This document shows, one piece after another, positions 37,349 through 45,504 of a DNA stretch of 64,000 bases. The DNA is from Nitrososphaeria archaeon (GTDB taxonomy: Archaea > Thermoproteota > Nitrososphaeria > Nitrososphaerales > JAAOZN01), in NCBI GenBank assembly GCA_029775855.1, contig JARVJZ010000002.1, positions 1-64,000 on the forward strand, in the 5' to 3' direction. The notes beneath the pieces are model-generated. The model ran no database searches and was not told where the DNA came from. It worked only from the letters and a program-made list of their open reading frames with translations. The translations under genes and the position numbers were made by a program. Each line of letters opens with the position of its first letter. Position 1 is the stretch's first letter.

Positions 37349-38206
37349 CTATATTTTGAGCGTGTCTCCTGTCCGAAGGGGTTTGCATCTTTCTTTGAAG
37401 GTTTTGAGGAGGGTGCAGGTTGCGTTTAGGCCGGTGCAATGGCAAGGAGCCAAGAGTTTTGGGTTAAGCTGCTGAAGCTCTTCTGCAGTTAAGTCTATCT
37501 GTTTGTTATCTGCTTTTTCTAAGTGGAAGCCTCCAGCTACCAAGTGGATTTCTTTTATTGTGGTTAGGCGTTGAGCTTGTTTGACGGTGTTGATTATTCC
37601 TGAGTGAGCGCAGCCTGAAATAACTGTAATACCTTTACCTTCAACTTCTATTATGAGTGCTTGGTCATCTGGTAAGTTGTCTTCGATGAAACGCTCCTCT
37701 TCTATTGTGTGAAAGTTAGTTGTTTTCTCAAAGGGTGTGTTTCGTTCAATTTCGCCGCTAGTTAAGACGCCTTTTGCAAGTGTGATTGGGTTCTTCGCTA
37801 GGAGCATTATACCTCCAGCTTCCTCTGCTTCTGCCTGCTTGAAAGGTAGACCTATGTATTTCAGATGCGGCTCAACTCTGAGCTTAGGCTTGAATATGTT
37901 TGGATGTGCGATTATTGGAATCTTTTTCCCTATTTTCTTCAACACGGATAGGAGGGCAGATGTGTGGTCATAATGGCCGTGGCTAAGAAAGATCAAGTCT
38001 ACTGCGCTTAGGTCGATGTTCATGGCGTCGATGTTATAAAGAACTGTTTCAGAAGAGGGGCCGGTGTCAAACAATATCGTCATCTTATTTGAACCGTCTA
38101 AATCAACTTTGACAAGCAGACTTAAACCGTGCTGAGCTGTTAGTTTCGGTTTATCCATAGAAGTAGAGTTTTCTATGATGGTGGTAAGCTCTAAGCCTTT
38201 GACCAT
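37349..38206 (-). CDS. MBL-fold metallo-hydrolase (COG1237/MJ0301-like)
   Basis: AQHGLSLLV, LFDTG, LSHGHYDH, DDQAL, SGCAHSG, GGFHL, PCHCTG; ATG at 38206 preferred. Confidence 0.85.
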   Translation of the reverse strand: MVKGLELTTIIENSTSMDKPKLTAQHGLSLLVKVDLDGSNKMTILFDTGPSSETVLYNIDAMNIDLSAVDLIFLSHGHYDHTSALLSVLKKIGKKIPIIAHPNIFKPKLRVEPHLKYIGLPFKQAEAEEAGGIMLLAKNPITLAKGVLTSGEIERNTPFEKTTNFHTIEEERFIEDNLPDDQALIIEVEGKGITVISGCAHSGIINTVKQAQRLTTIKEIHLVAGGFHLEKADNKQIDLTAEELQQLNPKLLAPCHCTGLNATCTLLKTFKERCKPLRTGDTLKI

Positions 38207-38463
38207 ACTCTCCACAGCGGATAGGTGCGTATTCAAACTTTTTGCAGCATAGGCTGTGTTTGTAGTAAGTTGGTTGATCAAGAGAGCGCTTTTGAAAGAT
38301 GGTGTATTCCCTTTATGTTGCTTTGCAGATCGAAACGTGTTCAGAAAGATAGTCGGGTTTTCTTCTTTTTGTTGCTCAGAAAGTCGAAGCTACTCTTATC
38401 GTTGCTTTAATTTTATGAAGAGAAGCCGACAGAGATAAATCTCTTAAAGTGATAGTGTAGCAT

Positions 38464-38916
38464 GTGGGGCGTTTGGCTGTTAAGATGGTTGATATACACG
38501 CAAAGGATGTGGTTTACCGTGAGGCTGTAGCTGAAGGTAAGATTATCCTTAGACCAGAGACGGTAGCCCTTATACGCGCTGGAAAGGTTGAGAAGGGTGA
38601 TCCGGTGCAGATCGCTACCCTAGCTGGCATACAAGCTTCTAAGTTTACATCGCTACTTATGCCTCTATGCCATCCTCTTAAGATTGAGAGCACAGATGTT
38701 AGAGTTGAAGTTGAGGACTGGGGGGTTAAGGTTTCCGCTAAGGTTGCTGCTACAGAGAAGACTGGCGTCGAAATGGAGGCTCTTACCTCTGTTGCAACCG
38801 CGCTTCTCAATATATGGGATGTGGTGAAGATGTATGAGAAGGATAAAGATGGACAGTATCCTTACACAGCCATCAAAGAGATAAGAGTGGTAAGTAAGGT
38901 GAAGAGGAAGATTTGA
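38464..38916 (+). CDS. moaC: cyclic pyranopterin monophosphate synthase
   Basis: KMVDI, EKGD, LMPLCHP, KTGVEMEAL, IWDVVK. Confidence 0.93.
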   Translation: MGRLAVKMVDIHAKDVVYREAVAEGKIILRPETVALIRAGKVEKGDPVQIATLAGIQASKFTSLLMPLCHPLKIESTDVRVEVEDWGVKVSAKVAATEKTGVEMEALTSVATALLNIWDVVKMYEKDKDGQYPYTAIKEIRVVSKVKRKI

Positions 38917-39437
38917 AGCCGCACGAAGAGCATCGAAGCAGAGGTAAGAAGAGCATATCAATCTCGGTCATAACAGTAAGCACATCCAGATACGAAAAGA
39001 TTAAGGAGAAGAAGCCTTTCACAGACGAATCAGCAGACAGAGCCGAAAAACTAATCAAAGAATCTGGATTCAACTTAAAGAGCAGAAAGGTTGTGGACGA
39101 CCATAAAGGGCTGATAAGGCTTGAAGTTCTAAAGAGCATATACGAAGAAGGATGCGACGCTGTAATACTCACAGGTGGCACAGGACTCTCAAGCAGAGAT
39201 GTCACAGTGGAGGCAATAAGACCACTCTTAGACAAGGAGCTAGAAGGCTTCCCAGAAATCTTCAGAACAGAGAGCTTTAAGAGCGTAGGCTCAGCCGCCT
39301 ACCTAACCAGAACGGTCGCAGGCAGCCTAGACGGTAGGCTCATATTCTGCTTACCCGGCTCACCAGACGCTGTGGAGCTTGGGCTTAAACTTCTTCTCCC
39401 CGAGCTGCCACACGCTCTTTACATAGCGGGAACATAG
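38913..39437 (+). CDS. moaB: MoaB/Mog molybdopterin adenylyltransferase
   Basis: VITVSTSR, DES, TGGTGLSSRDVTVEA, LPGSPDAV. Confidence 0.9.
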   Translation: MKPHEEHRSRGKKSISISVITVSTSRYEKIKEKKPFTDESADRAEKLIKESGFNLKSRKVVDDHKGLIRLEVLKSIYEEGCDAVILTGGTGLSSRDVTVEAIRPLLDKELEGFPEIFRTESFKSVGSAAYLTRTVAGSLDGRLIFCLPGSPDAVELGLKLLLPELPHALYIAGT

Positions 39438-40438
39438 TGTTGAGGGAAAATCCAGACGAACTCAGCATCATTAAAGAGTTTATTGAGGTAATCGGTCAAC
39501 CTAAACAAATATACTCGAAGATAGGGGATGACGTAGCGCATATACCTTCTGGTAAAGGTAGGGTTGTTGTAAAGTGTGATATGCTTGTCGGCGAGACCGA
39601 TGTGCCTCAAGGCATGACTTATAGAGAAGCAGCACGCAAGGCTCTCGCAAGCGTGGTAAGCGACTTTGCAGCAAAAGGTGTCAAACCAAACGCAGCTTTA
39701 GTAAGCCTAGGTATACCCCCAACACTAACAATTGCAGATATTAGAGAACTCGCTCTAGGCGTAAGAGATGCTAGAGAGGAATTTAAATTTGAATTCTTAG
39801 GAGGGGATACAAATCAAGCCAAAGACCTCATCATAGACTGCATACTGTTAGGCTACGCTAAGCACATCATAGGTAGAGCCGGCGCGAAGGTAGGTGATAT
39901 TGTGGCTGTCACGGGAGATTTTGGCTATACAGGAGCAGGCTTATACGCACTTTCAAAATACGGTAGAGTGGCTGAGGGATTCGCGGAAAAAGCCATCTCA
40001 ACTGTGCTAAAGCCTAAACCCCCACTTGAGCTAGGATTGATGCTCGCTGAGAGAAGGCTTATGTCCTCAAGCATAGATTCAAGCGACGGTTTAGCCCTAT
40101 CACTCTATACGCTATCTGAAGCAAGCAACGTCAAGATAGTCGTTTTTGATCTGCCAGCTCCAGAAGGGCTACGAGAATTCGCTGAAGAAAACGGTTTAAG
40201 TTTGGAGGAACTTGTCTTCTACTCAGGCGAAGAGTATGAGATAGTCTTCACAGCGCATGAAGATAAGTTAGATAAGATAAAGCGTTTAGCAGAGAGCTTA
40301 GGTAAGCCTATTAAGGCTATAGGTAGAGTTGAACAAGGAAAGCCGGTAGTAGAATATGTAACCTTAGGTAAAAAGAAGATTCTAGAGAGAAGAGGTTGGA
40401 TACACCTCTCAGCAAAACGTAATAAAAATAAGGTCTGA
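39437..40438 (+). CDS. thiL: thiamine-monophosphate kinase
   Basis: IGDDVA, KCDML, VSDFAAKG, GGDTN, IDSSDGL, GEEYEIVF. Confidence 0.9.
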   Translation: MLRENPDELSIIKEFIEVIGQPKQIYSKIGDDVAHIPSGKGRVVVKCDMLVGETDVPQGMTYREAARKALASVVSDFAAKGVKPNAALVSLGIPPTLTIADIRELALGVRDAREEFKFEFLGGDTNQAKDLIIDCILLGYAKHIIGRAGAKVGDIVAVTGDFGYTGAGLYALSKYGRVAEGFAEKAISTVLKPKPPLELGLMLAERRLMSSSIDSSDGLALSLYTLSEASNVKIVVFDLPAPEGLREFAEENGLSLEELVFYSGEEYEIVFTAHEDKLDKIKRLAESLGKPIKAIGRVEQGKPVVEYVTLGKKKILERRGWIHLSAKRNKNKV

Positions 40439-40462
40439 GTCGGCTGCAAGAGCCGACTGAGA
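40434..40462. other. GC-rich hairpin between convergent thiL and TRAM genes
   Basis: TCT-G-AGTCGGCT-GCAAG-AGCCGACT-G-AGA: perfect 8-bp stem plus 3 bp beyond a mismatch; no U-tract. Confidence 0.5.
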
Positions 40463-40480
40463 GTTATCCACTTAGCGTTT

Positions 40481-40738
40481 CTACACGACTTGTGCTATTG
40501 CATAGTTTGGTCTGATTTGTGTGATTCTGATCTTCACTGTATCGCCTTGCTTTGTATTAGGTATGAATACGACATAGCCTTCGATTCTTACGAGCCCGTC
40601 TCCTCTTTTACTGACCTCTGAGACAGTGACCTCGAGTTCTTCGCCTAGCTTTACTGGCTTAGGTTTGAAGAAGACTTTTGGGATTCTCTGTCTTCTACTT
40701 TCGCGTTCACCTTCATGTTGTTCTACGTCTTCAGCCAA
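40481..40738 (-). CDS. single-TRAM-domain RNA-binding protein
   Basis: KPVKLGEELEVTVSEVSKRGDGLVRIEGYVVFIPNTKQGDTVKIRI. Confidence 0.9.
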   Translation of the reverse strand: MAEDVEQHEGERESRRQRIPKVFFKPKPVKLGEELEVTVSEVSKRGDGLVRIEGYVVFIPNTKQGDTVKIRITQIRPNYAIAQVV

Positions 40739-40815
40739 CCTTATTACGTCCTTTTCCTTCGACCCAATAGAGGGGCGTAAAGGATATTTAAAGTTAAGTA
40801 GTGCAAACGAAGGGG

Positions 40816-41652
40816 ATGGAAGAGGTAATTTCAGAAGGTGATGACGTGCTTCTATATCTCAGCGGGGATAAGCGTTGGCTCGTCAAGGTTAAGGTAGATA
40901 AGAAGGTGCATACACACGCAGGCTATATAGAAGGCTCTAACATAATAGGAAAACGCTATGGGGAGGCTGTCAAATCTAACCTTGGAAGAAACTTTTGGCT
41001 CCTTAAACCCACTGTGGAAGACTATGTGCTTAAATGCGAGAGGAAGACCCAAGTAGTCTACCCAAAAGATATGGGGTTAATAGCGGCAAAAACAGGGCTT
41101 ACTTCAGGAAGTATAGTTGTAGAAGCTGGAACAGGTAGTGGCGCTCTTACGATGTTCCTAGCTAATATCGTTAAACCGACTGGGCATGTCTATTCGATGG
41201 AGTTGAAAGAAGAGTTTCTTGATGTAGCTCGGAGGAATCTAAAGAGAAGTGGGCTGCTAGATTATGTGACCTTAAGCCTAGGCGATGCTTCTCAAGGCTT
41301 TGGTGTGATAGATGCGGATGTCGCGGTTATTGATGTAGGTGACCCTTGGCGTCTCGTTGAATCTGCGTGGCGTGCTCTTAAAGGCGCTGGGAAGATAGTT
41401 TCAATTTCGCCTACTATGAATCAGGTTGAGAAGACCTATGAGGCGCTGCTTAGAACTGGGTTTGTTGATGTTGAATGTGTAGAGGTGCTTGTTAGAAGCA
41501 TGCAAGTTAAGAGTGGTGCAACCAGACCTTCTACCAGAATGATAGGGCATACAGCATACCTAACATTTGCACGGAAGGTTTTCGGAGATGAAAAAACATT
41601 AAAAGAAGGAGATACTGAGTCGATAGGTGTGGTGTCTGATGAAGAAGGATAG
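40816..41652 (+). CDS. trmI: tRNA (adenine-N1)-methyltransferase TrmI
   Basis: RKTQVVYPKD, VEAGTGSGAL, DVGDPW, TRPSTRMIGHTAYL. Confidence 0.92.
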   Translation: MEEVISEGDDVLLYLSGDKRWLVKVKVDKKVHTHAGYIEGSNIIGKRYGEAVKSNLGRNFWLLKPTVEDYVLKCERKTQVVYPKDMGLIAAKTGLTSGSIVVEAGTGSGALTMFLANIVKPTGHVYSMELKEEFLDVARRNLKRSGLLDYVTLSLGDASQGFGVIDADVAVIDVGDPWRLVESAWRALKGAGKIVSISPTMNQVEKTYEALLRTGFVDVECVEVLVRSMQVKSGATRPSTRMIGHTAYLTFARKVFGDEKTLKEGDTESIGVVSDEEG

Positions 41653-42211
41653 CGTCGAAGACGCCGCATTTATCCTCTACATCTTCCCAATCTTAATTAA
41701 CGGAGCTTATGGGCTTTGGAGCTGGATCGCTGGAGGTGCAGATTTAGATGCGCTGCAAAAAGTCTACCTCAACATCACTAGAGAGCCTATTATCTTCTTA
41801 GCCGGTTTACTTGCCGTATGTGTGGCTGTGCTCCTGGATACTAAATACTTGGGCTCTTTAGAGGATATAGATAGGCGTGTGACAAGATTAGCTTACTTCT
41901 GCTTTATAACAGCTTTAATAATAGCTATTGTCTCAACTGGATTTAACATAGCAAGCAGCTTAACCCTATTTCTTCAAGGAAGGTATGCCTTAATCTTTCC
42001 AGCTCTCTTAGTCTTGCTTAGCTTACTTATGAGATTAAGAGGCTTAAGTTTAGGCTTCTCTAATGGCGTGTTTAGAGGTATATCTCTTATTCTTCTTCTT
42101 ATTTCGCCGTTGACGCTCTATATACTGTGGAGGCTAGGTGCTGCTTGGTATATCATATTTGCTGTGCCGTTCATTCTCATAATTGCCTCAATAGGGTTAA
42201 TGAAGCGTTGA
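41639..42211 (+). CDS. integral membrane protein of unknown function
   Basis: about six hydrophobic segments; overlaps the trmI end. Confidence 0.6.
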   Translation: MKKDSVEDAAFILYIFPILINGAYGLWSWIAGGADLDALQKVYLNITREPIIFLAGLLAVCVAVLLDTKYLGSLEDIDRRVTRLAYFCFITALIIAIVSTGFNIASSLTLFLQGRYALIFPALLVLLSLLMRLRGLSLGFSNGVFRGISLILLLISPLTLYILWRLGAAWYIIFAVPFILIIASIGLMKR

Positions 42212-43474
42212 CTAAGACCAATCATCTAGAGTCCCTTTCAACTTCTTCTTTTCCTTAAGCTGCGGGAATTCTATTTCACCATAAACACCATCAAACCCGG
42301 GTTTGATTTGAACAGTATTCTCTCTGACCGCTTTTAACGCTGATGCTACCTCGACCCCAGCTATTTTGCTAATCGCTTCGTAAGGTGCTTGAAACGCTGC
42401 TCTAAATTCGCTTCCGAAGGATTCGATAAGCATCTTATATTTGGTTTGAACGGCTTTGCTGAAGGTCGATGCACCTACAGCGCTGCCTATGATCTCTTCA
42501 AGTGGAAGCATATATTTGTAGTCTGGAGAGCCTTCTGGTTTATAGCCTAGCGCTCTGTCAGCTAACTCTTCTACCCTCTGCTCTACACCTAGCGTCATCT
42601 TCTTGCCACACTTTGGGCATATGCCTTTCAACTTTATCGCATCTTGTGGAGGCATAGATATGTTGCACGCTCTGTGCCCAGTCCAATGGTATTTGCCGTA
42701 TTGGGGGTAGGTTTCTATTGTGTACTTCAACTTGCTTCTGCCAATTTTTCTTATGGCGTTTATTATCTCTTTGTAGCTAAGATTGGTCAATTCGAATACA
42801 TTCGCTTCTCTACCTAGCCTATGTGGGAGGGGTGAATGTGAGTCGCTGTTTGAGACCAGTAGATATTTGTCGAGGCGGCTTAGTCTCCAGTTCATAAGCG
42901 GGTCGCTGGATAGCCCTGTCTCTAACGCGTGTATTTTATCAACTCTATCTTGATAGCACTCCTCTACTAGGTTAAAGCCGCTTACAGAGCCGAAGAGGCT
43001 CCACCAAGGTGTCCAGATGTGAGCTGGTATGACTTCAACCTCATTTGAGACCGACAAGGTAAGGTCTATAAGCTCAGCTGCGGTTATGTTAAGAGTAGGG
43101 CGTCCATCTTGCTCTATATTTCCTTTAGTTTTAAGTACATCTGACAGCTGCTTAGCTTCATCTAAAGACGGTAGCAGTATGAGGTGATGTATTCTCCTAC
43201 TCTTACCCTCGTATTCAAATACGGTAGCGACTTCTACTGTAGGCATAAACCTTGGGCTCTCCGATGCGCTTTTACTAACATATAATCCACCTTCTTCTTG
43301 CATGAGCTCCTCCTCAAGTTCTTGAATCCACTTTGGATGCACAGCATCGCCAGTCCCTATGAGGTCTAATCCCTTTATCTTACCGTAATATACAAGTGCG
43401 CTTATCCTCATGTCTTCACTGGTAGCTGCGCTGAATCTTGAATGTATATGTAGATCAGCGACTATCTCCATCAT
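42212..43474 (-). CDS. endonuclease Q family (PHP domain + zinc finger)
   Basis: DLHIHSRFS, PAHIWTPWWS, ETGLSSD, SNSDSHS, GKYH, CPKCG, PGFDGVYG; C-terminal PIP-like KGTLDDWS. Confidence 0.85.
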   Translation of the reverse strand: MMEIVADLHIHSRFSAATSEDMRISALVYYGKIKGLDLIGTGDAVHPKWIQELEEELMQEEGGLYVSKSASESPRFMPTVEVATVFEYEGKSRRIHHLILLPSLDEAKQLSDVLKTKGNIEQDGRPTLNITAAELIDLTLSVSNEVEVIPAHIWTPWWSLFGSVSGFNLVEECYQDRVDKIHALETGLSSDPLMNWRLSRLDKYLLVSNSDSHSPLPHRLGREANVFELTNLSYKEIINAIRKIGRSKLKYTIETYPQYGKYHWTGHRACNISMPPQDAIKLKGICPKCGKKMTLGVEQRVEELADRALGYKPEGSPDYKYMLPLEEIIGSAVGASTFSKAVQTKYKMLIESFGSEFRAAFQAPYEAISKIAGVEVASALKAVRENTVQIKPGFDGVYGEIEFPQLKEKKKLKGTLDDWS

Positions 43475-43516
43475 AAATCTCTGCTAACAACTCGCATATC
43501 AACCTTCTTTACGATG

Positions 43517-44962
43517 TTAGTAGGCTCTTGCGAAGTATGCTGTGATCTTAGCCTCTTTACCGCAGTATACACATCTTTGGATAGAAGGGTCTCCTTCAAA
43601 GGGCACAACTCTTATATCCGCACCAGTATCCTCTTTGATAGAAGCTTCACAAGCTTGGTCTCCGCACCAACCCGCTTTAATAAAACCACCCTTAGTTGAT
43701 AAGATCCGCTTAAACTCATCGTAGGAGTCAGCGGTTGAAGATAGTTCTTTAAGCATAGACTCCGCCCTAGCTTTGAGCCTTTTTTGCAGCTCTTCAAGCA
43801 GAGCCTTAGCCCTCTCAGCGGCACTACTCTCATCAACTTCTACCCTTTTGCCCGTATCTCTTAAGGCGAAGGTAACTGTGTGCTTCTCAAGGTCTCTTGG
43901 GCCTATTTCAAGCCTAAGCGGCACGCCTTTTAACTCCCAGTCGTTGAACTTCCAACCTGGGGTATATTCTTCTCTATCATCGCAGAAGGCTCTTATACCG
44001 TTCTGCTGAAGTGTAGTGGTGATTTCCTTTGCTTTAGAGGCAAGCTTTTCGTTAGGTTTGTCCTTATAGAAAATGGGTATGACAACGACTTGTATGGGTG
44101 CTATTTTTGGTGGGAGTATCAGACCTTTGTCATCGCCGTGAACCATTATGACCGCTCCAATAAGCCTCCAAGAGACACCCCAAGAGGTCTGCCAGACATA
44201 GTGCTCTTGCTTATCTTGACCTAGATATTTGATTTCAAAGACCTTTGAGAAGTTCTGCCCTAAGTTATGTGAGGTGCCCATTTGAAGGGCTTTACCATCA
44301 GGCATAATCGCTTCTAAGGTTGTAGTGTAGAGCGCACCAACGAACTTTTCGCGCTCAGTCTTACAGCCAGCCAGCACGGGTATAGCAAGATACTCTTCAA
44401 TAAACCATTTGTAGAGGTTAAGGATCTTCATCGTCTCCTCATCCGCTTCCTCTTTTGTTGCGTGTGCGGTATGTCCTTCTTGCCAAAGAAACTCCGAAGT
44501 CCTTAGAAATGGCTTGGTGGATTTGATTTCAGCCCTCATAACAGAGTTCCAGAAGTTTAGAAGCAGAGGCAGATCTCTCCAACTTCTAATCCATTTGGAG
44601 TAGGAACTGTATGCTATAGTCTCAGATGTAGGTCTAACAGCAAGCCTTTCGCCTAACCTATTGTCACCAGCTTCAGTAACCCAAAAGACCTCTGGTACAA
44701 ACCCCTTAAAATGCTCAGCTTCCCGCTTCAGTATGCTCTCAGGTATAAGCGCTGGGAAGTATGCGTTTCTATGCCCTAGTTTCTTGAATTCGCAGTCTAA
44801 GACACTCTGTATTATCTCCCAGATCTGGTATCCATATGGTCTCAGCACCATGAAGCCTTTGGCTGAAGCGTAGTCTGCTAATTCAGCCTTTAAGACCACT
44901 TGGTTATACCACTCTGAGAAGTCCTCAGCCTTCTTAACTGTTATCCCTATCTCCTTACTCAA
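43517..44962 (-). CDS. proS: prolyl-tRNA synthetase (archaeal/eukaryotic type)
   Basis: FSEWY, RPTSET, FLRTSEFLWQEGHT, GTSHNLGQNF, C-terminal FARAY. Confidence 0.97.
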   Translation of the reverse strand: MSKEIGITVKKAEDFSEWYNQVVLKAELADYASAKGFMVLRPYGYQIWEIIQSVLDCEFKKLGHRNAYFPALIPESILKREAEHFKGFVPEVFWVTEAGDNRLGERLAVRPTSETIAYSSYSKWIRSWRDLPLLLNFWNSVMRAEIKSTKPFLRTSEFLWQEGHTAHATKEEADEETMKILNLYKWFIEEYLAIPVLAGCKTEREKFVGALYTTTLEAIMPDGKALQMGTSHNLGQNFSKVFEIKYLGQDKQEHYVWQTSWGVSWRLIGAVIMVHGDDKGLILPPKIAPIQVVVIPIFYKDKPNEKLASKAKEITTTLQQNGIRAFCDDREEYTPGWKFNDWELKGVPLRLEIGPRDLEKHTVTFALRDTGKRVEVDESSAAERAKALLEELQKRLKARAESMLKELSSTADSYDEFKRILSTKGGFIKAGWCGDQACEASIKEDTGADIRVVPFEGDPSIQRCVYCGKEAKITAYFARAY

Positions 44963-44981
44963 CGCTATGCACCCAAATATG

Positions 44982-45362
44982 TCAGTCTGATTTGGCTACT
45001 GAGTAGCTGGGTCTATAAAATGCTTTTAATGTGATGATCAAGTATATCGCTGCTGCCAAAAGATACCCTACTGTTGAGACAACACCTATAGATACAAGAC
45101 CTATTTGAATAAGAATAGAGGAAGCATAAGCCATGTATGCAAATAGTATGAGATTGTAGAGGCTTGCAGCTGTGTAGAAGCTCCAGCTGTAGCCTGAAAC
45201 AAAGCCTTTAAGCATCAACCCCCCAGCAGCAACCGAAATCAAGCCTACGCCCAAGGTGTGTAGACTGCTTTCAGATGAAAGCGAGGATAAGATCCAAAAT
45301 AGTCCTGTGATTATGAGTATTATAGCGGTTAATGGAAGTGATCTGAGTCTACTTGTCTTCAA
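44982..45362 (-). CDS. small 4-TM membrane protein
   Basis: four hydrophobic stretches; upstream of proS on the same strand. Confidence 0.55.
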   Translation of the reverse strand: MKTSRLRSLPLTAIILIITGLFWILSSLSSESSLHTLGVGLISVAAGGLMLKGFVSGYSWSFYTAASLYNLILFAYMAYASSILIQIGLVSIGVVSTVGYLLAAAIYLIITLKAFYRPSYSVAKSD

Positions 45363-45504
45363 CGCCGCACAGAGTATCGAGTAGGATAAGGAGATTTAAC
45401 TTTTTCCTAACAGTAGATGCTAGACTGAAAAGTGAAATAGAAGAAGGCGGCTAGGCGATTAAGATATATCAAACGCATATGGAGTAGGATATGGCTGGTT
45501 AATA

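Noticed and set aside
37224-37475. 83-aa ORF sharing QVQILPA with the ORF over the tRNA
   Set aside because: The similarity is only the att repeat; the ORF overlaps the MBL gene antisense and has no integrase motifs.
38207-38463. Moco riboswitch or small ORFs upstream of moaC
   Set aside because: No recognisable Moco motif or stable multi-stem structure by eye; the ORFs lack motifs.
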